Positions 1 to 10,011 are shown, counted from the stretch's first letter. The stretch is DNA of 32,000 bases from Candidatus Hadarchaeales archaeon (GCA_038823825.1 JAWBCC010000002.1:60001-92000); one strand, 5' to 3'. The notes: generated by a model from the sequence alone, not told the origin. Program-made: numbers and translations.

Positions 1-88
1 CAACCTCTTTCGCTATTTCGTTCAGAGTTATTCTCGAATTTTTTGCAAGCATTCTCAGAATTCTCAAATCTACACTGTCTAACGTCAT
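1..88 (-). CDS. Lrp/AsnC-family transcriptional regulator, N-terminal HTH fragment (continues beyond window start)
   Basis: Not in the ORF track. The reverse complement of 1-88 reads MTLDSVDLRILRMLAKNSRITLNEIAKEV, the typical Lrp/AsnC HTH opening. The ATG at 88..86 lies 5 nt after the gltX stop. Confidence 0.6.
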   Translation of the reverse strand, partial: MTLDSVDLRILRMLAKNSRITLNEIAKEV

Positions 89-93
89 CCAAA

Positions 94-1791
94 TCACCTG
101 TGAGTGAAAATAGCCAAGGGTCTCGGAGTGACTCTTTCTAGTCTTACGAATCCAAACCTCTCAAATTGAATTACCGCGCCAGGAGTAAGAGAAAGAACAG
201 ACGGTTCTACAAATCCCGTTAGAATAGAGCCGTCCGGCATCAGAACGTCTAGCTCGGGTGCCCCTGCCGGGACCCAGTGAATTTTTTGAATTTCCGCCAC
301 CTCCATTCCGGCAAAGTCTCCGACCAAACCCGATGGTTTCTTCTCGATCAATCGAACATTCATCAAATCCTTAAGTCTAAAAATCTCGCCTTCACGCATT
401 TTTTCCACGTCTTCTCCGCAAACGAAGAAAACCATTCCTTCTTCTTCAATTCTGAGAGGGATTACTCTTTCACCTGCCTCTTCCCTGCTTGGATGTAGCC
501 TGAGTCTTACTTCCCTTAGCTTCGGAGCTTCTCTAACAGTAAGCTTTACCGGATCATGGACAAAGAAGTATCTGTCGGAGATTTCGTCGACAAGCTTCCT
601 GTTCGCAGCATAAAGCGTCTCCCAGCTCAGCTGAGAGTCGACAAGGGTGAGTCCTACATCGAGAATTATCCTCTTTATCGCCTCAGGTAGGAAGCCTCTT
701 CTCCTAAGAGCCGCCAGTGTTGCCAGTCTCACATCATCATAACCCGAGAGTTTTCCTTCCCTAACTGCAAGAACGATTTGGGTTTTGCTCAACATCGTTC
801 CTGGCATATTCAGTCTTCCATATTGGACGGCGGTTGGATAGCTCCAGCCGAGGTGTTCGTAAAGAGTTCTCTGACATTGCTCGTTCACTTCATGCTCCTT
901 TCCGCGAAAGATATGTGTGATTCCCATCTCGTGATCGTCAATTGCAGCTGCAAAGTTGTAAAGCGGCCAAACCTTCCACTTTTCTCCAACCCTTGGATGA
1001 GGGATATCGACTATTCGGCATGCGGGCCAATCTCTCACAGCCGGATTTGGATGGGAAAGATCCGTTTTTATTCTGAGCACGGCGTCTCCTTCTTTTAGAT
1101 CGCCGGAAATCATCCTTTCCCAGAGCCTAAAGTTCCCCTCCGGACTTCGACCACGGCAGGAACATGCTCTCCCCGCATCTCTGAGTTTTTTGAAATCCTC
1201 CGGTCTGCACGTGCATACGTAGGCTTTTCCCTCTCCGATCAACTTCTCTGCGTAATCATAATACAGCGGAAGTCTATCGGACTGTATGTATTCTTCATCC
1301 CATCTCAGTCCGAGCCATCTCAAGTCATTCCTTATGAAATCGTACATATCGAGCTGAACTTTTTCAGGATTCGTGTCCTCAAACCTCAGTATGAATTTTC
1401 CATCATACTTCCTCGCATACTCGTAACTCAAAATGGCTGCTCGGGCATTTCCTAAGTGAAGAGGACCATTTGGATTGGGCGCAAACCTGGTTGTAACTTT
1501 GCCCTTCTCCGCCAAGGGTAACTCGGGAAGCTCCTTTTTCTTCTCCCTTTTCTCTTCTGGTGGTTTTATCTCGCCAAGCTTGCTCTTCTGTTCATCTAGA
1601 GAGAGAAAATTCACTTCCGTGACGACTTCCCTGACAACCTCTAATACTTCTCTCACTTTAGATTTCAGCTCCGGGAATTCCGCAAGTGCTTTTTTTATAA
1701 CTGCGGAAACGTCGGCTTTTCCACCATGTTCAACTGCGTTGAGCAGGGCGAGATTGAATATTTTGTCTCTAAGGTTTTCCATCTGCACCAT
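94..1791 (-). CDS. gltX: Glutamyl-tRNA synthetase, archaeal/eukaryal type
   Basis: 565 aa. Class I HIGH motif in RFAPNPNGPLHLGNARAA, followed by ILRFEDTNPEK. The N-terminal helical extension is typical of archaeal GluRS. Confidence 0.9.
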   Translation of the reverse strand: MVQMENLRDKIFNLALLNAVEHGGKADVSAVIKKALAEFPELKSKVREVLEVVREVVTEVNFLSLDEQKSKLGEIKPPEEKREKKKELPELPLAEKGKVTTRFAPNPNGPLHLGNARAAILSYEYARKYDGKFILRFEDTNPEKVQLDMYDFIRNDLRWLGLRWDEEYIQSDRLPLYYDYAEKLIGEGKAYVCTCRPEDFKKLRDAGRACSCRGRSPEGNFRLWERMISGDLKEGDAVLRIKTDLSHPNPAVRDWPACRIVDIPHPRVGEKWKVWPLYNFAAAIDDHEMGITHIFRGKEHEVNEQCQRTLYEHLGWSYPTAVQYGRLNMPGTMLSKTQIVLAVREGKLSGYDDVRLATLAALRRRGFLPEAIKRIILDVGLTLVDSQLSWETLYAANRKLVDEISDRYFFVHDPVKLTVREAPKLREVRLRLHPSREEAGERVIPLRIEEEGMVFFVCGEDVEKMREGEIFRLKDLMNVRLIEKKPSGLVGDFAGMEVAEIQKIHWVPAGAPELDVLMPDGSILTGFVEPSVLSLTPGAVIQFERFGFVRLERVTPRPLAIFTHR

Positions 1792-1829
1792 AATGAATGA
1801 GTTTTCTTAAGGAAAAGACCTTTTTCTGC

Positions 1830-2828
1830 TCAGATCGAGCGTGTTATAACGAAATCTGCAAGTGCGAGCAACGTTTCTTTTGCCCGACTATCGCGGATGA
1901 CCGAGAGCTCCTTTTTAGCCTCATCGACAAGCTCAAGCGCGAGCTTCGATGAATATTCGATCGCTCCACATTCTTCGAGCAGATTGATCACTTTCTCTAA
2001 TTTTTTTCTCGAAATTTTTCCCTCGCCCAGAACCTCTTCAACCATCTTTTTCTTCTCTAGCGGCAGATGTCTGAGAGCATAAATAATCGGTAGAGTACGC
2101 TTTCCTTCCCTAATGTCGCTTCCTATCGGTTTCCCAAACTTTGATTCCTCACCGATTATCCCAAGAACATCATCTCTTATCTGAAACGCTATTCCAATTT
2201 TTCTGCCGAAAGTTGAGAGAGCGGAGATTTCTTTTTCTTTACCTCCTCCGATGATCGCCCCTATCTTCATTGAAGCATCCAACAGCGCTCCAGTCTTCCC
2301 AGAAACCATCTTGAGGTATTCCTCCTCTGAAACTCTATCTTTCTGAACCATCAACACATCCATCGCCTGTCCCCGACATATCTCGAAACTTGCAACACTT
2401 ATTGTTCGAAAGATTTCCACGGCTTTCTCCGCAGATAACCGCAATCTCCTGACGTTCTCCGAAAGAGCCTCAAAAACTTTCGCAAAGAGCGCATCTCCGG
2501 CAATGATTGCCATCGGAATTCCCCATAAAACGTGAACCGTTTTCACGCCTCTCCTCAGCTCATCTCTATCCATAACATCGTCGTGAATGAGCGTGAAAGT
2601 GTGAAGAATTTCGACCGCGGCCGCGGCCTCTAAAGCATCCTCCACTTTTCCGCCAACAGCCTCACAGGAGAGCAAGAGAAGACAAGGACGAAGCCTCTTT
2701 CCACCCGCCGAGAAAAGGTGACGCATCGAATTTCCCAGAGGCTCCGGCTTGATCGATCGCGGGGCCCATCTTTCGATTTCTCTCTCAACAAGCTCTATCT
2801 TTTCCTTTAGATTCTCCAAAACATCCAT
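1830..2828 (-). CDS. idsA: Geranylgeranyl diphosphate synthase (trans-polyprenyl synthetase)
   Basis: 332 aa. First Asp-rich motif IHDDVMDRDELRRG and second motif FQIRDDVLG. Sits at the end of the isoprenoid gene string. Confidence 0.85.
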   Translation of the reverse strand: MDVLENLKEKIELVEREIERWAPRSIKPEPLGNSMRHLFSAGGKRLRPCLLLLSCEAVGGKVEDALEAAAAVEILHTFTLIHDDVMDRDELRRGVKTVHVLWGIPMAIIAGDALFAKVFEALSENVRRLRLSAEKAVEIFRTISVASFEICRGQAMDVLMVQKDRVSEEEYLKMVSGKTGALLDASMKIGAIIGGGKEKEISALSTFGRKIGIAFQIRDDVLGIIGEESKFGKPIGSDIREGKRTLPIIYALRHLPLEKKKMVEEVLGEGKISRKKLEKVINLLEECGAIEYSSKLALELVDEAKKELSVIRDSRAKETLLALADFVITRSI

Positions 2829-2829
2829 C

Positions 2830-4140
2830 TCAATCGCCCAGCCTCAAAGTCATCCCATTCTTAAGAAGGTGCAAGAATCTAGAATCATAGCCGAGCTCCG
2901 AAGAGATGTCGATGACCGCCCGAAGCTTCTCAGGAGTTCCATGACATGGGATCACATGCTCTGGTTTTATCATATCTATGAAATCTTTTGTGTCTTCCCT
3001 TCTGGCGTGACCTGACACGTGCACATCTCTACGTATCCTCGCCCCTAGCGCTTCGAGCTTTGCTTCCAAGATTTCTCTGTTGGCCCGGTTTATCGGAGTT
3101 GGTATAACACTTGCAGAAAAAATCACATGATCTCCCTGCTCTACCCTCGGCGGCAACCTACCATCTGCGATTCTGGAAAGAACCGAGGTTGGCTCCCCCT
3201 GATGTCCCGTGCATATCACCACGTAGTCGCGCCTGTTGAATTCTATGTCGCGCAGCTCGCTCCTGACGGTGTTCGGCCTGCCGTATATCGTCAATTCTGG
3301 CGGAAATCTGACCAGACCGAGCTCCGTGGCTATGGAACAGTAGCTGTGCAGAGATCTTCCAACCATGACTGGGGTACGGCCAAGGTCGAAAGCTATGTCG
3401 ACGATCGATGATAGTCTTTCCATGTGGGAAGAAAAAGTTGTCACATATATCAAATGACTCGAATCGTTTACGTCTTCCATGACTTCCCTCAGCATTTCCT
3501 TTGCTTTACTTTCTGGCGGAGTTCGACCGGGTTCATCTGCTCTTACGGAGCCCACAAGACTAACAGAGACCCCATTAACATCAGAGCGTTCTATTAAATC
3601 GCGCTCTTTTCCTCCGTCGTCGAATTTGAAATCGCTTGCAAAGAGAACCGATTCACTTTTGCCCTCCAATTTTATGGCCACAGTCTGAGGTATGCTGTGT
3701 TTCACCGGGATGAACCTCACCGCTAAATTTCCTAGACGAATGATAGAGTCCGGAGGAACTGCCCGCAACATCCTTTCAGAAGTCTTATGAACACCTTCTT
3801 CCTTCATCAGACGCTTTACAATTCCAACCGTGTATGGTGTTCCGAAGACTGGTACGGAATAGCTAGAGATCATCTTGCTAAGAGCACCGACGTGGTCAAG
3901 ATGTCCGTGCGTTAAAAGAACAGCAAGAAATCTTTTTCCACGGATTATAGAATCGTCTGGAATCGCATTCATCCTGACAAGCTCGTCTCTGCTCGCTTCT
4001 GAAAGTTCAAACTCGTCAAAAGAAAGAATGCTCTCGAGATTTATTCCCATGTCTATTATCACATATTCTCCGTCGATTCCTACAGCGGTCATGTTTTTTC
4101 CAACCTCGTTCATTCCGCCCACGGGTGTTATTTCTATCAT
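2830..4140 (-). CDS. rnj: beta-CASP metallo-beta-lactamase ribonuclease, archaeal RNase J-like
   Basis: HxHxDH motif (LLTHGHLDHVG) and C-terminal HVSGHA motif. The ORF track starts at 4176, but the internal ATG at 4140 (MIEITPVGG...) forms an ATGA overlap with the fni stop, so it is preferred. Confidence 0.75.
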   Translation of the reverse strand: MIEITPVGGMNEVGKNMTAVGIDGEYVIIDMGINLESILSFDEFELSEASRDELVRMNAIPDDSIIRGKRFLAVLLTHGHLDHVGALSKMISSYSVPVFGTPYTVGIVKRLMKEEGVHKTSERMLRAVPPDSIIRLGNLAVRFIPVKHSIPQTVAIKLEGKSESVLFASDFKFDDGGKERDLIERSDVNGVSVSLVGSVRADEPGRTPPESKAKEMLREVMEDVNDSSHLIYVTTFSSHMERLSSIVDIAFDLGRTPVMVGRSLHSYCSIATELGLVRFPPELTIYGRPNTVRSELRDIEFNRRDYVVICTGHQGEPTSVLSRIADGRLPPRVEQGDHVIFSASVIPTPINRANREILEAKLEALGARIRRDVHVSGHARREDTKDFIDMIKPEHVIPCHGTPEKLRAVIDISSELGYDSRFLHLLKNGMTLRLGD

Positions 4141-5189
4141 CCTTTTCCCCACCTTACTCCTAGAGCTTCCAGCCACTCTCTCGTTCTTCCCATAACGATT
4201 ATCTTACCTTTCCTCAATTCTTCCAATTTCCGCGCGCCCGTCAAAAACATCGCCACCCTGAGCTCTTGAATGAACCTCTGGAGATATCTCTTGACCGCTC
4301 TTTCACCTCTTTTTGAAGCTCGCAAAACGGGGAGAGCTAGACCGACTAAACTCGCTCCGAGAGCAATCGCTTTCGCAGCATCAATTCCCGATCTTATCCC
4401 CCCGCTCGATATGACCGGAATTTTCACTCTCCTCGAGACCTCTGCTGTGCATACCGCCGTCGGAATTCCCCAATCCCAGAAAGTCAGACAAATCGGGTTT
4501 CTTTTTCTGTAAAATTCCACGGCAGACCAAGAGGTTCCTCCGGCCCCGCTCACATCTATTGCTGAGGCTCCAGCCTTTTCTATCTCGATGGCGATGGCAC
4601 CCGAAATCCCGGCTCCTGTTTCTTTGACTATCACGGGAAAATCAACCCCTCTACAAATTGTGGATATCGTGGAAAGTCCGCGGGAGTAGGCCGGCTCCCC
4701 CTCCAGCTGTACCGCTTCCTGAAGTGTGTTGAGATGGATGGAAAGAGCATCGGCGTCAATCATCTCAACGGCTTTCACAGCTAGCTGCGGACCACCCTTG
4801 GTTAACTGCTGAAGTCCTATATTCGCAACCAGAAAAACATGCGGAGCCACATCCCTAACCTGATAGGTTTTAACCATTGAAGAGTTTTCGAATGCTGATC
4901 TGAGACTCCCCACGGCAAAAACGAGACCCATTTCTTCGGCAACACTCGCAAGCATTCTGTTTATCTTTAGAGAGGCCGGATGTCCACCGGTCATCGGAAG
5001 TATCATCACTGGGGCTTTCAAGTCAAACCCCAGAAATCTCGTGGATACATCTACATCCTTCAGGTCCATCTCTGGTAAAGCTCTATGAAGAAGCTCGATA
5101 TCCTCAAAGCCTGAGGTTTTCAGTAATCCTTCCACATCTTCATTCATGCATATCCGGAGGTGCTCCTCTTTTCTGGATTTCGTGCTCAT
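4137..5189 (-). CDS. fni: Isopentenyl-diphosphate delta-isomerase type 2 (FMN-dependent)
   Basis: 350 aa with N-terminal RKEEHL, TIM-barrel FMN-type Gly-rich segments (SGGIRSG), and position next to ipk. ATGA overlap with ipk at 5186-5189. Confidence 0.85.
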   Translation of the reverse strand: MSTKSRKEEHLRICMNEDVEGLLKTSGFEDIELLHRALPEMDLKDVDVSTRFLGFDLKAPVMILPMTGGHPASLKINRMLASVAEEMGLVFAVGSLRSAFENSSMVKTYQVRDVAPHVFLVANIGLQQLTKGGPQLAVKAVEMIDADALSIHLNTLQEAVQLEGEPAYSRGLSTISTICRGVDFPVIVKETGAGISGAIAIEIEKAGASAIDVSGAGGTSWSAVEFYRKRNPICLTFWDWGIPTAVCTAEVSRRVKIPVISSGGIRSGIDAAKAIALGASLVGLALPVLRASKRGERAVKRYLQRFIQELRVAMFLTGARKLEELRKGKIIVMGRTREWLEALGVRWGKG

Positions 5190-5965
5190 CTCGCCTTCAC
5201 CACTGTACCAAGATTTGTTTCTCCCTTTATTGCCCTTGCCAAAATTCCGGGTTTCATGGCATTGACGATCTGAACATTTATTCCTTTCTTAGCAGGTAAG
5301 AAAAGCTCTGAAACTTTTGCGTACATCCCACCTGTTACGTCTGTTGAACTTTCGCCAAAACTCATTCTTTTCAAATCTGCCGGCGCGATTTCTTTCAGAA
5401 GCTCTGCGCTTTTGCTGATTTTTGGATTGGCGGTGTAAACACCATCGACGTCCACACCGACTACTACCCTCTTCGCCTTCAAAGAAATCGCCAAGAATGA
5501 AACGATTTGGTCTCCCGAAAGTATGGTGAAACCCCTTCTCTCATCCGGCACCACATCTCCAAAAAGAACGGGAAGCAAACCTAGAGAAAGCATGTTCCTG
5601 AGAGGTCTTAGTTCCGCCTCGACGATTCTGCCGTCACTGACCACCATGCAGGCTGATGGTTGAACCGGAACAGCTGGGATACCTTTAAACGCGAATGTCT
5701 TCACAATCTCTTGATTTAGCTTTACCATTGCGAGATGGGTGAGCACAAAACCTTTGAGCTGCCTCTCATTTTTGAACCCCTCAGTCAGACCATACTCTTT
5801 GGCAACCGGATGACCGAAAGATCCGCCACCGTGAACAACTATGAGCTCCTCTCCACATTCAGCTATTTCGTCGGCAATTCTTTCCAAGATTCTCCTTCTC
5901 ACTCTAAATTTTCGAGACTTGTCCGTTATGACGCTACCGCCAAGCTTTACGATAACCGGACGCAT
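5186..5965 (-). CDS. ipk: Isopentenyl phosphate kinase (amino-acid-kinase fold)
   Basis: 259 aa. N-terminal VKLGGSVITDK and HGGGSFGH motifs. Sits in mevalonate-pathway context. Confidence 0.8.
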   Translation of the reverse strand: MRPVIVKLGGSVITDKSRKFRVRRRILERIADEIAECGEELIVVHGGGSFGHPVAKEYGLTEGFKNERQLKGFVLTHLAMVKLNQEIVKTFAFKGIPAVPVQPSACMVVSDGRIVEAELRPLRNMLSLGLLPVLFGDVVPDERRGFTILSGDQIVSFLAISLKAKRVVVGVDVDGVYTANPKISKSAELLKEIAPADLKRMSFGESSTDVTGGMYAKVSELFLPAKKGINVQIVNAMKPGILARAIKGETNLGTVVKAR

Positions 5966-5969
5966 TCGA

Positions 5970-6809
5970 TCACCTCAAAATCGCTATGGAGGCATAACCG
6001 ACGACTTCAGCCATCCAACCGGCCACATCTCCACTTGTCGCGTACTTGAGTAGCTCCGCATTTTTCGCTCCCATCTTCTCACATGCGACCAGCATGGCGG
6101 CAACCGGGCCGCTCCCGCACATGGTTATGTTATTCTCCTCAACACACTTTAGAAGACCTCTCGCATCCAATTTGAGAATTCTCTCGATAGCCATTCTATC
6201 TTTCCTCACGGCAGACTCCTGAGACTCGTAATGAGTGAAATCTGTGGAAGCAATCACCACAACATCTGAGCCTGAGCAGGCTTTGGCGATTGCTTCTCCA
6301 ACCTCGAGACTCGTTCGCTCGTCTTGAAACATCATGCATATTGGAACGAACTTGATCTGGCTTCCGAAGATATGTTGTATGAAGGGTAACTGTACTTCTA
6401 TAGAATGTTCATAAATGTGCGCTTCCTCGTCGACATCGATTATATCTGACTCCTTCGCTATTCTGCTTGCGAGCTTTTCATCAATTCCAATTCTTCCCAG
6501 CGGGGTTTCCCACTCACCAGATGTCACAATTGAAACTCCGCTTCCCATTCCAGTATGGTTTGGTCCGATTATCACAAAGCTCTCTGGAGTGCCCTCAGAG
6601 GCTAACCTAAAAAATCCATGAGCGGCAATCGGTCCAGAATACATGTAGCCCGCGTGTGGAGAAACCAGACCTACAATTTTCCTTTTTTCTTTTTTCAGAC
6701 TCGGGAGCTTGCCGGGGCCCAAGCGGTGCAGATAGCAATCTTCTATTTGTTTAATTAGGGCCTTCTGGGAACCCGCATAAAACTGACCAGCAACCGCCGG
6801 ATGTCTCAC
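5970..6809 (-). CDS. Memo1-family protein (AmmeMemoRadiSam system protein B-like)
   Basis: 279 aa. RHPAVAGQFY opening and SPHAGYMYSGPIAAHGF motif. GTG start overlapping the rps2 stop (GTGA, 6806-6809). Confidence 0.75.
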   Translation of the reverse strand: MRHPAVAGQFYAGSQKALIKQIEDCYLHRLGPGKLPSLKKEKRKIVGLVSPHAGYMYSGPIAAHGFFRLASEGTPESFVIIGPNHTGMGSGVSIVTSGEWETPLGRIGIDEKLASRIAKESDIIDVDEEAHIYEHSIEVQLPFIQHIFGSQIKFVPICMMFQDERTSLEVGEAIAKACSGSDVVVIASTDFTHYESQESAVRKDRMAIERILKLDARGLLKCVEENNITMCGSGPVAAMLVACEKMGAKNAELLKYATSGDVAGWMAEVVGYASIAILR

Positions 6810-7426
6810 TTCTTCTCACCAATCTTGGGCTCGAAATCCTCGACTTTTATGGTGAACGGTTTATCCTTAGTGACATCACCTCTTTCGATCAGAAACTGTC
6901 TTGCTAGCAACAAATATACCAGTGCGAGAGATTTTCGGCTCTTGTTGTTTGCCGGAATTATCAAATCAATATCCGAAGTTTCGTTGTCAGAATCACATAT
7001 TCCAACTGTTGGGATCATTATCTCGGCAGCTTCTCTAAGGGGCTGCTCGTCTGCGAGGGGATCCGTTATAACTAACACTTCGGGCTCTATGAAGAACTTC
7101 AAGCTCGGATTCGTGAAAGTTCCTGGGATGAATCTTCCGACGATAGTTCTGGCGCCAGTCACCTCCCCAAATTTCATCACAGGATATTGACCATACTGCC
7201 TGGCCGAAACCACAACGATGTCCTTTGGCTCATATCTCGCCAAGAATCGCGAAGCGATCGCTATTCTTTCATCGGTTTTTTCAATATCCAGTATGTTCAC
7301 GCCTTGCTTTACTTTATAAATGAACTTCTTCATGCTTCCCGTCCTATGTCTGGTTCCTATGTGTACGCCGTGCGACACATAGGTTTCCATGCTCGCCAGC
7401 GCAAAGTTCGTGAGTTTTTGAGCCAT
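6806..7426 (-). CDS. rps2: 30S ribosomal protein S2 (uS2)
   Basis: 206 aa. VHIGTRHRT... and ICDSDN motifs typical of archaeal uS2. Adjacent to eno, as in many archaea. Confidence 0.9.
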   Translation of the reverse strand: MAQKLTNFALASMETYVSHGVHIGTRHRTGSMKKFIYKVKQGVNILDIEKTDERIAIASRFLARYEPKDIVVVSARQYGQYPVMKFGEVTGARTIVGRFIPGTFTNPSLKFFIEPEVLVITDPLADEQPLREAAEIMIPTVGICDSDNETSDIDLIIPANNKSRKSLALVYLLLARQFLIERGDVTKDKPFTIKVEDFEPKIGEKK

Positions 7427-7470
7427 TCCAAATCCCTTTTAAAATACACGCTTGTAACAAATAAATTAGC

Positions 7471-8748
7471 TTATTTTATGGGAAGACTCGCCATTTTCGC
7501 CTTCCCACCAATCATTTCCCATATTCTTATTAGTTCATTGAGTTTTGCTATTCTCTCTCCACCGACCACACCTGTTTTTATCATCGGACAACCCCAAGCA
7601 ACGGCTAGATGAGCAATCGTCTCATCCGTCGTCTCTCCGGATCTATGCGAGATGACAGGTACACAACCGTGTGATTTCGTGAGCTTTACTGCTTCAAGGG
7701 TGTCAGAAAGAGTTCCTATCTGGTTTGGTTTTATCAGGACAGCGTTCACGGATTTCTTCTCCAGTCCGATCTTTATTCTTGAAACATTTGTGACGAGCAG
7801 ATCATCTCCGCAAACGATGCATTTATCTCCAATTTTTCTCGTGAGCTCAGCAAAACCGTCAAAATCTTCCTCGTGCAGGGGGTCCTCCACGTAAACGAGT
7901 TTGAATGTTTTCACTAAATCCACTATGAAATCTATCTGCTCTCCGCCCGTCTTCTCTACCCCTTCCCGTTTGTAAATATACTTGTCGGATTTCTCATCGT
8001 AAAAGCTGCTTGCCGCGACGTCTAAACCCGGTCGCACCGTGACCCCGGTCTCTGTGGAAATTTCTTCGCAAGCCCTCGAAACGATTTCTAGGGCCTCTCT
8101 GTTACCGAGATTAGGAGCCCAAGCACCCTCATCCCCTTTTCCACCGGTGAACGTTGGATCCACTTGCTCTATCAGCTTCCGGACGCGCTTATGAACGGAA
8201 GAATTCGTAAAAATTGCCTCCGAAACTGTTTTTGCCCCCACTGAAACCACAAGAAACTCTTGAATGTCTGGGGCTTTCTTTCCAGCATGTTTGCCTCCTC
8301 CCAAAACATTCCCTAGCGGAAATGGGAATTCTCTCGCCTTTTGATTCAAACTTTTGAATAGAGGAATACCTTTGGCTGCTGCCAGAGCCTTCGCCACAGC
8401 CATCGATATAGCAACCGCCGTGTTTCCGCCTATTGAAGAGAAATTCTGTGTCCCATCGATTTCGTGAAGAAGGGTGTCCACGGAAGAGATGTCCAGCTTT
8501 TTGAGTTTTTTCATTTCCCTTTCAATTTTTGAAATCTTTTTTATGGCAGCATCAACCCCTCCTTCCGGGAAGTCTACTACCTCATATTTCCCACGGCTGG
8601 CACCGCTTGGGGCCGCTGCCCTTCCAAGAAACTTTTTACCTGCGCTGGAAACTAAGACTTCCACCTCGATCGTCGGGTTCCCGCGACTGTCCGAAATCTT
8701 TCTCGCATTTAGGGATAACAGCTTCATCTGAAAATGATGAATATCCAA
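7471..8748 (-). CDS. eno: Enolase (phosphopyruvate hydratase)
   Basis: 425 aa with SDSRGNPTIEVEV and SHRSGETTD signatures. The true start may be the internal Met at 8727 (MKLLSLNARKI). Confidence 0.9.
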   Translation of the reverse strand: MDIHHFQMKLLSLNARKISDSRGNPTIEVEVLVSSAGKKFLGRAAAPSGASRGKYEVVDFPEGGVDAAIKKISKIEREMKKLKKLDISSVDTLLHEIDGTQNFSSIGGNTAVAISMAVAKALAAAKGIPLFKSLNQKAREFPFPLGNVLGGGKHAGKKAPDIQEFLVVSVGAKTVSEAIFTNSSVHKRVRKLIEQVDPTFTGGKGDEGAWAPNLGNREALEIVSRACEEISTETGVTVRPGLDVAASSFYDEKSDKYIYKREGVEKTGGEQIDFIVDLVKTFKLVYVEDPLHEEDFDGFAELTRKIGDKCIVCGDDLLVTNVSRIKIGLEKKSVNAVLIKPNQIGTLSDTLEAVKLTKSHGCVPVISHRSGETTDETIAHLAVAWGCPMIKTGVVGGERIAKLNELIRIWEMIGGKAKMASLPIK

Positions 8749-8770
8749 TCTTTTAAAGATAGCGGATTAC

Positions 8771-9844
8771 TCAACGTTTTTTAAGAATGATTGCGACGGC
8801 TGCCAAAACCACAACGATGATCGCTGCGGCAACACCAATCATTATCACGTTCGGCTTCGGTTTTGATGGAACATATGAAATGCTTGCCTGACTCTGACCG
8901 CCCAACATGGAAAGAAGAGCATTTTGCGCTGCCGAACCGGACCATTCAAACGTGTTACCATCGCTTGTTGTATAGCCGGATGGTAAACTTTCAACAGACG
9001 CTCCTTCCGGTACTTTGAGTTTGAGGGAGATGTCCGCCGAAGATAGGACATTCTCGAGAGTTTCCAATATTATGGCATATTCGGGCGGTAGGGCGAACGA
9101 CCAGCTGACCTTATCCGCTTCTATCGGCAAGTCAAAAATCGCCGAAAGCGAGAATTCAAGCTTTCCAGTAGATGGACGCCCTTTAAATGTCACATTCACG
9201 TTTCCATCCTCCCCGCTTACGCTTACGTTTATCTCGATCAAAGATTCGCTTATCTCAAGCTGAATTTTCATCTCAAGAGGAAGTCCTTCCCGAACATTCT
9301 CGGGAATTGATCCAGAAAATTCGGCCACGAAATCTGCTCCCATTTTCTTACCGCTGACGGAGAACCTCGTACACTCAAGTTTGGTTATCGTAATCTCGTA
9401 GACCTCCGGGGGGTACTCAGCATAGGGAATTTCTAGTTCGGACTGACTCAGGAGTTCTCCAAGCGATTTTCCAACGATTCCGCTGAGAACGATGAGTGCG
9501 TTTATGCTCTCTTTGGAAAGTCCAGCGACTTCGCTCGGAAGCTCCGTGAAGTCTATAGAAGCAGAAATGTTCGCGCGAAGGACAGAAGGAGATGGCGACG
9601 ATAGCTTCAAGCCAATATCGGCCTTACTAATTGGAACATCAGTTGGTATTTCTGATGGTTCCGTAAATGCTGAACCGGTGATTTCCAGCTTACAGCGCCC
9701 ATCTGTCGTTAATTCGACATTTATATTGGCACTAACATTTCTAAGTTCTGAAAATGGTCCGAGATCCTGAGCAGAAGCCAAAGTAACAGATAACATCAGT
9801 AAAACAGAGAGAATGATTATTGCCGGCGGTTTACTATGTAACAT
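8771..9844 (-). CDS. Secreted, C-terminally membrane-anchored protein of unknown function
   Basis: N-terminal signal peptide (IIILSVLLMLSVTLASA|QD). A single C-terminal TM helix followed by KKR (VIMIGVAAAIIVVVLAAVAIILKKR). No recognisable catalytic motif. The first ATG is at 9844; the track's start at 9847 is TTG. Confidence 0.6.
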   Translation of the reverse strand: MLHSKPPAIIILSVLLMLSVTLASAQDLGPFSELRNVSANINVELTTDGRCKLEITGSAFTEPSEIPTDVPISKADIGLKLSSPSPSVLRANISASIDFTELPSEVAGLSKESINALIVLSGIVGKSLGELLSQSELEIPYAEYPPEVYEITITKLECTRFSVSGKKMGADFVAEFSGSIPENVREGLPLEMKIQLEISESLIEINVSVSGEDGNVNVTFKGRPSTGKLEFSLSAIFDLPIEADKVSWSFALPPEYAIILETLENVLSSADISLKLKVPEGASVESLPSGYTTSDGNTFEWSGSAAQNALLSMLGGQSQASISYVPSKPKPNVIMIGVAAAIIVVVLAAVAIILKKR

Positions 9845-9908
9845 CAAATCATTCCTAATCTATGCCTAGTATAAATACCATAGTTCCTCCCGGTTTTCTG
9901 CCCAAAAC

Positions 9909-9986
9909 TGGTGGGGTCGCCGGGATTTGAACCCAGGTCACCGGCTCCCGAAGCCGGCAGGATAGACCAGGCTACCCCACGACCCC
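9909..9986 (-). tRNA. tRNA-Pro (anticodon CGG), CCA encoded
   Basis: Reverse complement is GGGGTCGTGGGGTAGCCTGGTCTATCCTGCCGGCTTCGGGAGCCGGTGACCTGGGTTCAAATCCCGGCGACCCCACCA. It has a 7-bp acceptor stem, anticodon stem CCGGC/GCCGG, loop TTCGGGA (U33, CGG, G37) and T-loop TTCAAAT. Confidence 0.9.
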
Positions 9987-10011
9987 ATAGATTTCCTCAT
10001 AACAAGAAAGC

